A DNA stretch of 63,213 bases, the filler included, from an uncultured archaeon (GTDB taxonomy: Archaea > Nanobdellota > Nanobdellia > Woesearchaeales > CAIVOO01), in the NCBI GenBank assembly GCA_903842985.1. It is 7 parts of 7 records of this genome, joined end to end, with 100 filler letters (N's around TTAATTAATTAA, not from the genome) between each part and the next. Parts side by side here need not be neighbours in the genome. Positions count along the whole stretch, not along the records: positions 1 to 13,445 come from CAIMOB010000001.1; 6 more parts are not named here. The stretch is one strand, 5' to 3'. The translations under genes were made by a program, and so were the position numbers. Position 1 is the first letter of the stretch, and every line of letters begins with the position of its first letter. Below the pieces are notes generated by a model, which saw nothing but the letters and a program-made list of their open reading frames with translations, searched no databases and was not told the origin of the DNA. Below, one piece after another: positions 1-8,501 of the stretch.

Positions 1-54
1 ATACTTTTTAATATGTTGCAAAAAAATCTGCCAGAGATTTAAAAAAGAAAAAAT

Positions 55-654
55 TTACCTGCTTGCGTCAGCCTGTCTTTCCAATTCGTTCTTCTTGGAC
101 ATTGCCTGCGAGCCCATCTCTCTCTTGTATGCCAGGATTATCTCATCTGCAAGCGTCTCAGGCGACTTCTTCTTGCTGTGGAACTTTTTCTGGTATGCTG
201 ACTGGACCATCTGTCTCAAACAAATATCAATCCTTCTCTGCGGAGCGCATTCAACTGCCTTCGGATACCTTGCTCCCCCGTATTCAATCGTGACAATCTC
301 TTCTCTTGGAGCTGCGTTCTCCAATGCCTTCACAAAAACAGCAATAGGATTCTGACCTGTCTTCTTCTCTATTATATTGAACGCCTTCTCGACAACATCA
401 CTTGCTGTCTGGGATTTTCCGCCGCAAACACCTGAAGACCTGAAATGCTTCTTTCCCTTGTGGCCCGGCTGCATCAGTTTGTTGATTAATCTTTCAACAA
501 TAAAAATCTTTGATTTGTGAAACTGCTTTCCTGCATATTTCGCGCCTGTCTTCGGCATCAGCTTCGGCTCAAGAACAATGTAATTCTGAAGCCCAGGGTC
601 ATCTATCTTAATTCCTGCTGTGCTCCATTTTCCGAATACTAGTATCTCGCTCAT
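55..654 (-). CDS. rps7: 30S ribosomal protein S7 (uS7)
   Basis: Archaeal S7 motifs (IVERLINKLM, NAAPREE, ELERQADASR); follows S12. Confidence 0.97.
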   Translation of the reverse strand: MSEILVFGKWSTAGIKIDDPGLQNYIVLEPKLMPKTGAKYAGKQFHKSKIFIVERLINKLMQPGHKGKKHFRSSGVCGGKSQTASDVVEKAFNIIEKKTGQNPIAVFVKALENAAPREEIVTIEYGGARYPKAVECAPQRRIDICLRQMVQSAYQKKFHSKKKSPETLADEIILAYKREMGSQAMSKKNELERQADASR

Positions 655-706
655 TTTAACGAACCTCGTGAGTTAAAATGCTGCAAATCGAAGATTTGCA
701 TCATTT
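651..706 (-). repeat. Start-codon double-hairpin element, copy A1 (S12/S7 junction)
   Basis: Sense: AAATGA TGCAAATC-TTC-GATTTGCA G CATTTTAAC-TCACGAGGTTC-GTTAAAATGA; similar copies at 1136, 47870, 50273. Confidence 0.9.
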
Positions 707-1138
707 CCTTGCCTTCTCAAGCTTTCCGTGCCTTAAAGCCAATAGTGATTGGTCATTAACCTTGATAACCTGCCATCTGACTCCTGGAATATCTCCCATG
801 GCCCTGCCTTGTTTTCCGCCGATGCACTCTACAAGAACTTCATCGTGCTCGTCAATAAGCTTGATGGCGCCGTCGCCAGGTGCAAAAGCTGTTATCTGCC
901 TTCCATTCTTAAGAAGCTGGACTCTTACAGCTTTTCTCATTGCTGAGTTCGGCTGTTTTGCCTCTAGCTGGACCTTTTCAAGCACAATTCCCTTTGCCTG
1001 CGAAGCTCCTTCCATCGGGTCGAACTTGATTTTGGTGCCCAGAGTCCTTCGTATGTATCTCTTATCGCACCATCTTGATTTCTTCCTTCTCTTCTTCAGC
1101 TTCGATGCTGAATTCATTCCACTTGATTTGCTTCCCAT
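701..1138 (-). CDS. rps12: 30S ribosomal protein S12 (uS12)
   Basis: [11 protein letters not shown] and GDIPGVRW motifs; start trimmed to MGSK. Confidence 0.97.
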   Translation of the reverse strand: MGSKSSGMNSASKLKKRRKKSRWCDKRYIRRTLGTKIKFDPMEGASQAKGIVLEKVQLEAKQPNSAMRKAVRVQLLKNGRQITAFAPGDGAIKLIDEHDEVLVECIGGKQGRAMGDIPGVRWQVIKVNDQSLLALRHGKLEKARK

Positions 1139-1197
1139 TTTTATGAACCTCGTGAATAAAAATACCAGCAAATCTCAGATTTGCGCTGCATTTTTAT
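1136..1197 (-). repeat. Start-codon double-hairpin element, copy A2 (nusA/S12 junction)
   Basis: Sense: ATAAAAATG CAGC GCAAATC-TGA-GATTTGC TGG TATTTTTAT-TCACGAGGTTC-ATAAAAATG. Confidence 0.85.
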
Positions 1198-1613
1198 TGC
1201 ACCTTGATTTCCTTTATTTCAAAATACCGCCTTGCCTGGTTCTCCAGTCTCCTCAAATTCTCAGCAGCCCTTCCGATGAGCATGCCTCTTGTCTTTGAGT
1301 CGATTGCGGTAAGCGTAATTATGCCCTCGCTCTCCTCAATGTCCATCAGCTTCAGCGGATGAATAAGGTTTTTGATGAATTCAAAGACCTTCTCGTTGAA
1401 TTCGACTATTTTAATCTTTCTTTTAAGCATGTCCGACAGCCTTCTTACATTCGAGGCGTTCTTGCCTATTGCCCTGCCCATCTCTCCCGGCTGGACAACA
1501 AACACCAGCATGCCTTCCTCAGCAAAGCAATCCTTAAGGTTTGCCTTGGTCAGCGTCTGAAACATTGACATGAACTTCATCATGTTTACGTCGTAGCTGA
1601 TCTTCAAAGTCAT
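1194..1613 (-). CDS. nusA: Archaeal NusA (KH domains)
   Basis: GRAIGKNASNV and LIGRAAEN KH loops; between L30e and S12. Confidence 0.95.
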   Translation of the reverse strand: MTLKISYDVNMMKFMSMFQTLTKANLKDCFAEEGMLVFVVQPGEMGRAIGKNASNVRRLSDMLKRKIKIVEFNEKVFEFIKNLIHPLKLMDIEESEGIITLTAIDSKTRGMLIGRAAENLRRLENQARRYFEIKEIKVQ

Positions 1614-1885
1614 TTTTCTGTCTTCTCTATGCTAAGCATGCAAATCTGGAACGGCTTCTTGCAGATTGCTCCAAGCTCGTCGCTCTCCTGCTCAAGATTC
1701 ACAACAGGCGTGTTTGAAAGTGATGCATAATACTCTGCATCTGATTTTGTATCATCAGCGCAGTTCTTTGCAAAAAAGACTTTTTCAAGCTTGCCTGCCT
1801 TTAACTTTTTGATAGTCCTCCGAGTACCTATGATTAGTTTCTTTGTTTTCAGGAGTTTCTTAATTGATGCTAAATCGTCTTCCAT
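1610..1885 (-). CDS. rpl30e: 50S ribosomal protein L30e
   Basis: IIGTRRTIK and ELGAICKKPF motifs; conserved operon position. Confidence 0.93.
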   Translation of the reverse strand: MEDDLASIKKLLKTKKLIIGTRRTIKKLKAGKLEKVFFAKNCADDTKSDAEYYASLSNTPVVNLEQESDELGAICKKPFQICMLSIEKTEK

Positions 1886-1890
1886 TTGAA

Positions 1891-1976
1891 ACGGAACCTC
1901 TGGAAAGTTTGCTTCAGAACACCTGAATGCTTTCCTTCTCTTCCGTGTATATAGGAAAATGGAGGTGGTTTATAAA
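1891..1976 (-). promoter_or_regulatory. TATA box and structured 5' leader of the L30e-nusA-S12-S7 operon
   Basis: TTTATAAA at 1969-1976; leader pairs ACGGAA/TTCCGT, GGAAAG/CTTTCC, TTCAG/CTGAA. Confidence 0.55.
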
Positions 1977-2040
1977 GGTTATTGTTTGGAATATGGTCTC
2001 ATTAAGTTTTTAAATTAGCCATGTTTTTATATACAATATT

Positions 2041-2499
2041 ATGGCAAAACAAATAAGGCCAAGTGTTGTGCTTATGAAGGATGGGAAAATCCTGCTGCTG
2101 AAAAGCAAGTATTCTAGTGGAGAATTTTATCTTTTGCCTGGAGGCAGCATAGAAGACCTTGAAACTATTGAGGAGGCTGCTGTTCGAGAAACTAAAGAGG
2201 AAACAAATTACGACATTAAAATCAGCAGATTACTTTATCTTCAGGAGTGGATTGACAAAAAAAGAAAAAAAGACATTTTATATGTGATTTTCCTTGGAGA
2301 AATAATTGGCGGTGAAGAAACGCATTTAAATGACCCTTGCTTGGAAAAAGGAACTATTCAAGGAATAGAATGGATTGACATTGAAAAATTGAATAAGATT
2401 AAGTTTTATCCAAAAGATGTCGTTCCTTTGCTTAAGGAAGACTGCAAGCAGAACTTCAATAGATGTCCGGTATTTCTTGAACCTTGCTATTCCGGGTGA
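2041..2499 (+). CDS. NUDIX hydrolase
   Basis: Nudix box GGSIEDLETIEEAAVRETKEETN. Confidence 0.9.
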   Translation: MAKQIRPSVVLMKDGKILLLKSKYSSGEFYLLPGGSIEDLETIEEAAVRETKEETNYDIKISRLLYLQEWIDKKRKKDILYVIFLGEIIGGEETHLNDPCLEKGTIQGIEWIDIEKLNKIKFYPKDVVPLLKEDCKQNFNRCPVFLEPCYSG

Positions 2500-2541
2500 A
2501 TTCAGAAACATTTATAATCTAAATTTATCTAGTCTAATAAC

Positions 2542-2964
2542 ATGAAAGAAAAATACCAAAAAATAACAGTCGGCGGATTCTTATGCCACAAAGGAAAAGT
2601 ATTGGTTGTCAGAAGGTCATCTGCAGAGCCCTACCTAACTGGCTTCTATGAGTTGCCTGGCGGAAAAGTGGAGTTTGGGGACCATCCTGAAGAAAGCCTT
2701 GAAAGGGAATTCATGGAGGAAGTGAATCTGAAAATTATTCCTTTGCACCCCTACAGGATATTTACATACATTTCTGACAACGGAAATCGTCATACTGTTG
2801 AACTGGTTTATCTCGTAAAATTAGATGATGATGTCAAGAATGTAAAATTAAGCGAAGAGCACAATGATTTCAAATGGATTTCAGCTGATGAAGCTGATTC
2901 TTTAAAAATGAGCGATGAAATAAAAACAAACATCAAACTTGGTTTTAAAGAAATTAAAGAATAA
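2542..2964 (+). CDS. NUDIX hydrolase (MutT-like)
   Basis: Nudix box GGKVEFGDHPEESLEREFMEEVNL and LSEEH motif. Confidence 0.9.
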   Translation: MKEKYQKITVGGFLCHKGKVLVVRRSSAEPYLTGFYELPGGKVEFGDHPEESLEREFMEEVNLKIIPLHPYRIFTYISDNGNRHTVELVYLVKLDDDVKNVKLSEEHNDFKWISADEADSLKMSDEIKTNIKLGFKEIKE

Positions 2965-2965
2965 T

Positions 2966-4102
2966 TTATTCCTTCTTCTTCGCCTTCAGCACAGGCATTC
3001 CAGTCCCAAGCGGAACAACCTGGTTCAGCATGACGTTCTCAATCACGGAATGAAGCTTGTCCTCTTCGCCGACTAGGCTTGCCCTCATTATGTGCTTGAT
3101 TGGCGTCTCGAATGATGCTCTTGCAAGAACGCTGGATTTCTCGTTAACAACGCCGTATCTTGTGATTCCCTTGATTGCTCCGGATACGCACATTGTGTCA
3201 GAGATTATCATCAGGTGCCTTATGTCAATCTTAAGCCCCTGCGCTTTTATGACTTTCAGAAGCTCGTCAATTATAGTTTCCCTTGCAGCCTCTATTCCAA
3301 GCGTAGCAGCAATCTCATAAATATCATTTGAAGTTGTCCTTTCCTTGTCAACCCATTCCAATGCAAGAACTGCCTTCAGGTTTGAGCCGGCTGTCAGGAC
3401 AATGTACTCGCTTCCCCTCTTGACAGGAAGCACCTGCGTAACTCCCTTGATTCCGGAAATGTGCGTCTCCTTCAGCTTTTCCTTCAGCTTGTAAAGCGAG
3501 TTCAGGTTCGCATCCTTATCCTCAAGCTTCGCGATTATCGAAACTGTATCCTGCTTTATCTTCAGTGACTTCATTGCTTTCGAAAGCGTTTTTGAAAGAT
3601 TGGCAAGCGTCAAATCAAGGTCCTTGAGTTTCTGCTCGTCGATGTCAACCTTGATTATCATGTCCGCGATGTTCACCAGGAATTCTGTTGCAACATCCTT
3701 CAGCTTTATTTCCTTGACAAGCAGCGCCTGCTTCTTCACATTTTCCTTTTGATTGTAGGGCGCGTTCAGGTAAATCTCCATCATCGGTGTTGAAATGGTT
3801 TTCCTTGCGTCAAGAATCTCAATTATTCTCGGCAGTCCCATTGTGACGTTCATCTCAGAAACACCCGAGAAGTGGAATGTGTCAAGCGTTGCCTGCGTTC
3901 CCTGCTCTCCGATTGACTGCGCTGAAAGCAGCCCGACGCATTCGCCGGCATCCAGCTTTGATTTCTCGTATTCAGCGTGCACAGCTTCAAGTATCTTGCG
4001 AACCTTTGCTGCATCTGCCTTCTCAGGCAGATTCGCCTTTATTTCGTCAATAATCAGCTTCGGAAGCTTTTCCTCGTATTCCTTAAAAATTTCGTCTGTC
4101 AT
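2966..4102 (-). CDS. rpoA2: DNA-directed RNA polymerase subunit A''
   Basis: SIGEQGTQATLDTFH and VLARASFETP motifs. Confidence 0.97.
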   Translation of the reverse strand: MTDEIFKEYEEKLPKLIIDEIKANLPEKADAAKVRKILEAVHAEYEKSKLDAGECVGLLSAQSIGEQGTQATLDTFHFSGVSEMNVTMGLPRIIEILDARKTISTPMMEIYLNAPYNQKENVKKQALLVKEIKLKDVATEFLVNIADMIIKVDIDEQKLKDLDLTLANLSKTLSKAMKSLKIKQDTVSIIAKLEDKDANLNSLYKLKEKLKETHISGIKGVTQVLPVKRGSEYIVLTAGSNLKAVLALEWVDKERTTSNDIYEIAATLGIEAARETIIDELLKVIKAQGLKIDIRHLMIISDTMCVSGAIKGITRYGVVNEKSSVLARASFETPIKHIMRASLVGEEDKLHSVIENVMLNQVVPLGTGMPVLKAKKKE

Positions 4103-6696
4103 TTTAAGTTTTGAATTATTCTTTTAACATCAATCTTTCCGCCCACAGAGCGCGACACGTCAACGCCGTCCTCTCCGTAGCTGAACTGTATTATCTTGTT
4201 GCTTGCGTCCCTTACTGTGCCGTCGTAGTCAACCTTTATGTCCTGCATTGCGTTTGACAGCCTTCTGTAAAGGTATCCTGATTTAGGCGTTCTCAGTGCA
4301 GTGTCCATCAGCGAGTCCCTTCCTGTCATCGCGGCGAAAAAGTACTCTGCAGGTGTCGTTCCCCTTTTGTAGCCGTACTTGACAAATCCCCTTGCGCTTT
4401 CTGTCAAATCACCTGCCCTAAAAGCTGAAAGTGTCCTGCCCTTGTATCCCTTATCTATTCTTTTTCCTCTCAGAACCTGCTGTCCGATGCAAGCTGTCAT
4501 CTGGCCGAGCGTAAGTACGCTTCCTCTCGCGCCTGACCTTGCCATAATCACAGTCGGTGTAAGCTTTGTTGAATATTCGGCAACAATGTTTCCTGTCTTG
4601 TTCCTGACATTGTTAAGCGTCTCTATTATCTTCAATTCAAGCGTCTCTTCAATTGTCTTTCCAGGGAATGCCTCAAGCGTCCTGTCTGCACAGGCTGAAA
4701 TCAGCTCCCTTATTGTTATGGTTGACTCCTCAAGCGCGTTTTCAATCTTCTGGTTCGCGTCATCAGGAAGGTCCATGTCAGATATCCCGACTGTAAATCC
4801 TTTATGGAAAAGGTAATTCACGCCGAGCTTTGCAACCTTTGCCAGGAAATCCACTGCAAACTCCTGCCCGTATTTCTGGTGCAGGTTTCTCAGCAAAAGG
4901 CCTGCGCCTTTTCCGAGATTTGCAGAATCAAGCGTTCCCTGCAAAAGCTTTCCATCCTTGATTACAATGTGATTGGCATCCTTGCACTCTGCTTCAGGCC
5001 CTTTCTTGCAGAGCTTTGAGTGCGCCGAGAAATTGAAATCGTCAGGAAGAAGCATGCTGAAAACATCTCTCCCTGAAATTGTCTTTTTGCTTGGAAGCCT
5101 TGAAAAGTCAGTTATTCCTGAGTCAACAAGAAGCTTTACAGCAATCTCCTTCTTTATTTCAGGATCTCTTGCAAGCAGGAAGTTTCCTGATATGCTGTCC
5201 TGGATGCAGCCCATGATGCTCAAGCCGAATGCAGGAGATATAAGCTGGGTCGGGACTTCCATTAAAATCTCCGCCTCCGCCCTTGCCTCCTCTGTCTGAG
5301 GTATGTGAAGGTTCATTTCGTCTCCGTCAAAGTCTGCGTTGTACGGGTGGCAGACAGACGGGTTCAGCCTCAATGTCCTTCCTGGAAGAACCTTAATCTT
5401 GTGGCACATCATTGACATCCTGTGAAGCGATGGCTGCCTGTTGAAGACAGATATGTCCCCGTCCATCAGGTGCCTTTCAATAATGTAGCCCGGCTGTATC
5501 TCCTCAAGAATCTGCTCCTTCATCTCCTCTGTTATCTTCTTTTTCTTTCCGTCAGGCCTTATGACATAATTTGCGCCAGGATACTTGTCAGAGCCCTTCT
5601 GCACAAACGCCTTTAGGTAATTGATGTTCCAGGCGGTTACCCTCTCTGGAACAGTGAGCTTCATTGCCATTATAAGAGGAATCCCAACTTCATTCAGCCC
5701 AATCATTGGGTCGGGGCTTATGACTGTTCTCGCAGAAAAGTTTGTCCTCTTCCCGGCAAGGTTGTATCTTATTCTTCCTTCCTTGCTCTTTATTCTTTCA
5801 GCCAGCGTCTTAAGCGGCTGCCCGCTCCTGTGCCTTGCAGGCGGAAGCTGAGCCACTTCATTGTTGTAGAAAGTTGTAACGTGATACTGAAGCAGGTCCC
5901 ATAAATCCTCAATTATTATTTCCGGCGCACCCGCATTTATGTTCTCGAACAACCTCTGGTTTATTCTTACGATGTCGCCGAGCTTGTGTGTCAGGTCATC
6001 CTCTGAGCGCTCGCCTGATTCTAGCGTGATGCTCGGCCTTATTGTTACGGGCGGAATCGGAAGTATTGTCTGCACAGCCCATTCAGGCCTTGCATATTTA
6101 GGGTTCAGCCCAAACAGCTCGCAGTCTTCGTCAGAAATCTTCTCAAGCCTTGCCCTTATCTCTATCGGCGTTATCCTCTTCTCGTTTTCAAGGAATGTTG
6201 TCGGCTTCTCAATTGTTATCTTCAGCTGCCTTGCTTTGCAGTGCGGGCATTTGTTTGTTGTCTTCAGCGAGGTTATGACATGCTTCACTATTTTCCTTCT
6301 TTTCTCAAGCCCGACTTCCTTGTCAGCTGCTGCAAGGCTTTCGATTATTTTGTCTGCCTTAACCTTTGGTATCAGTATTTTTCCGCATTCCCTGCATGTG
6401 AATTTCAAAAGTGTTGATATCAGGGAAACGAGATTTATGTTTATGACTGGTCTTGCAAGCTCTATGTAGCCGAAATGCCCGACGCATTCCTTTATCTTCG
6501 AGCCGCAGGTCTTGCATCTCAGGCCGGGATCAATCACTCCCATCCTTGTGTCCATGAGCCCGCCGTCAACAGGGTATCCTTCCTTGTCGTAAAGCTCAGG
6601 CGTGACAACCTTTACGGCAGACATCTTCTTCACGACCTTCGGGCTGAGTAGTCCGAAGACGATTGAGCTTACCTTTTTGTAGACGTATTCTTCCAT
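4099..6696 (-). CDS. rpoA1: DNA-directed RNA polymerase subunit A'
   Basis: Catalytic YNADFDGDEMN; Zn-binding CKTC...GHFG. Confidence 0.98.
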   Translation of the reverse strand: MEEYVYKKVSSIVFGLLSPKVVKKMSAVKVVTPELYDKEGYPVDGGLMDTRMGVIDPGLRCKTCGSKIKECVGHFGYIELARPVININLVSLISTLLKFTCRECGKILIPKVKADKIIESLAAADKEVGLEKRRKIVKHVITSLKTTNKCPHCKARQLKITIEKPTTFLENEKRITPIEIRARLEKISDEDCELFGLNPKYARPEWAVQTILPIPPVTIRPSITLESGERSEDDLTHKLGDIVRINQRLFENINAGAPEIIIEDLWDLLQYHVTTFYNNEVAQLPPARHRSGQPLKTLAERIKSKEGRIRYNLAGKRTNFSARTVISPDPMIGLNEVGIPLIMAMKLTVPERVTAWNINYLKAFVQKGSDKYPGANYVIRPDGKKKKITEEMKEQILEEIQPGYIIERHLMDGDISVFNRQPSLHRMSMMCHKIKVLPGRTLRLNPSVCHPYNADFDGDEMNLHIPQTEEARAEAEILMEVPTQLISPAFGLSIMGCIQDSISGNFLLARDPEIKKEIAVKLLVDSGITDFSRLPSKKTISGRDVFSMLLPDDFNFSAHSKLCKKGPEAECKDANHIVIKDGKLLQGTLDSANLGKGAGLLLRNLHQKYGQEFAVDFLAKVAKLGVNYLFHKGFTVGISDMDLPDDANQKIENALEESTITIRELISACADRTLEAFPGKTIEETLELKIIETLNNVRNKTGNIVAEYSTKLTPTVIMARSGARGSVLTLGQMTACIGQQVLRGKRIDKGYKGRTLSAFRAGDLTESARGFVKYGYKRGTTPAEYFFAAMTGRDSLMDTALRTPKSGYLYRRLSNAMQDIKVDYDGTVRDASNKIIQFSYGEDGVDVSRSVGGKIDVKRIIQNLK

Positions 6697-6697
6697 T

Positions 6698-8500
6698 TTA
6701 GTATTTTGTCCTCAACATCAGTTTTGGATAGATTCCAAGCGCCTTCAGCTCGTCAAGCATCAGCTTGAATGCGTAGGCAATCTCCACATATGAAATTTCA
6801 ACATTGTCGCCGCACATTGGGCAGTATGATTTCTTTTTGTATTCATTGTGTATGGCGAACATTCCGCAGTTCTCGCACACCGGAACCAGCGTCTTGTCTG
6901 AATCGAATCTTTCCTTGAGGAGCATGGATGCGCCGTGCGAGACAAATGTATCCTTCTCCATCTCTCCAAGCCTCAATCCGCCTTCCTTCGCCCTTCCCTC
7001 TGTAGGCTGCCTTGTCAATAATTGTATTGGGCCACGCGCCCTTGAATGGATTTTGTTTGCAACCATGTGCTTCAGCTTCATGTAATACATGTCGCCGATG
7101 AATATTCTTGCTTCCATCTGCTCGCCTGTCTCGCCGTTGTACATTGTCTCTACTCCGTTTTCCCTGAAGCCAAGCGAAAGAAGCTCCTGCCTTAATTTTT
7201 CCTCTGGCTCTGAGCTGAATGTCGTGCCGTCGACGTATCTTCCTGACAGCGCGCCGACCTTTCCTGCAAGCAATTCAAGCAGATGCGAGATTGTCATTCT
7301 TGTAGGCAGGCTGTGTGGCGAGAAAATCAGGTCTGGAACAATTCCTGAAGACGTGAATGGCATGTCAGATTCCGAAACTATCAGGCCGACAACTCCCTTC
7401 TGGCCGTGCCTTGATGTGAACTTGTCCCCTATCTCAGGTATTCTCTGGTCCCTTACGCGAACCTGGACAAGCTTGTTGCCCTCTTCGCTTTCGGTGACTG
7501 TGACAAAATCGATTATTCCCTGCTCGCCGTGCGCAGCAGCAAGCGAACTTTCCCTTCTCACGTTTGATGTCAGGCTGTATTCATCAGCGCCGCTCAAGAA
7601 CCTTGGCGGGCTTGTCTTTCCTATGATGACATCGCTTTCAGCTATCTGCGCTTCAGGATAGATTATGCCGTCGGCCTCAAGCAGCCTGTAATCCTTTTCG
7701 CTCCTGTATCCCTTTATTTCCTTGTCAGGCACTGAGATTTCATCTGTCAGCCCGCCTGCATACCTCAGCTCTTCAGCGAGCGAAGGCCTATAGTATGTTG
7801 AGCGCGCAAATCCTCTGTCGACAGAGCCTTTGTTAATTATGATTGCGTCCTCCATGTTGTAGCCCTTGTAACTCATAATTGCCACAACCACGTTCTGGCC
7901 CGCAGGGTGATTATTGTAGTCGGAAAGCTCGTGCATGATTGTGTTAACTATCGGCTTCTGCGGAGTGTGAAGTATGTTGACATCCATATCCATCCTCACT
8001 GCATAGTTCGCGGCGTAGATTCCCTGCGCCTGCTTCTGAGTTTTTGAGCCTGCATTTATTCTCGCTGCAGGCGCGTGATTTGAAAATGGGACAAGCGAGC
8101 TTATCAGCCCCAACATTGCGATAGGCGAAACTTCAAGATGTGTGTGATCCTTTGTAAGCTCATGTTCGTAGAACGCGACAAGCGCATTTTCCTCCTCCAT
8201 GGCGTCGAGATATTCTGCAACCCCCTGGTTAACCAGGTCAGACCAGTTTATCTCATTTTTCTGCAGCTGCTGGATGTGCTTGTCTGTGAGCAGCGGCTGG
8301 CCGTACTTCACAACTATCAGCGGCCTTCTTACTCTTCCCTTGGAATTCTCTATCCATACCTCATTTGAATCTGCATTGTGATAAACATTCATATTTTTGT
8401 CAATGGCTCCCTTCCTTCTTTCCTCTATCAAGCTCTGCCTAAACTCCTGCGGGTTCTCGACAGTTCCCACGAACTTGTTGTTAAGGTATACGTCAGCCAT
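6698..8500 (-). CDS. rpoB1: DNA-directed RNA polymerase subunit B'
   Basis: GDKFTSRHGQKG and GGLRLGEMEKD motifs. Confidence 0.98.
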   Translation of the reverse strand: MADVYLNNKFVGTVENPQEFRQSLIEERRKGAIDKNMNVYHNADSNEVWIENSKGRVRRPLIVVKYGQPLLTDKHIQQLQKNEINWSDLVNQGVAEYLDAMEEENALVAFYEHELTKDHTHLEVSPIAMLGLISSLVPFSNHAPAARINAGSKTQKQAQGIYAANYAVRMDMDVNILHTPQKPIVNTIMHELSDYNNHPAGQNVVVAIMSYKGYNMEDAIIINKGSVDRGFARSTYYRPSLAEELRYAGGLTDEISVPDKEIKGYRSEKDYRLLEADGIIYPEAQIAESDVIIGKTSPPRFLSGADEYSLTSNVRRESSLAAAHGEQGIIDFVTVTESEEGNKLVQVRVRDQRIPEIGDKFTSRHGQKGVVGLIVSESDMPFTSSGIVPDLIFSPHSLPTRMTISHLLELLAGKVGALSGRYVDGTTFSSEPEEKLRQELLSLGFRENGVETMYNGETGEQMEARIFIGDMYYMKLKHMVANKIHSRARGPIQLLTRQPTEGRAKEGGLRLGEMEKDTFVSHGASMLLKERFDSDKTLVPVCENCGMFAIHNEYKKKSYCPMCGDNVEISYVEIAYAFKLMLDELKALGIYPKLMLRTKY

Positions 8501-8501
8501 T

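Noticed and set aside
678..1298. 206-aa plus-strand ORF and many similar antisense ORFs (e.g. 7089-7661, 52601-53215)
   Set aside because: Shadows of well-supported genes on the opposite strand.
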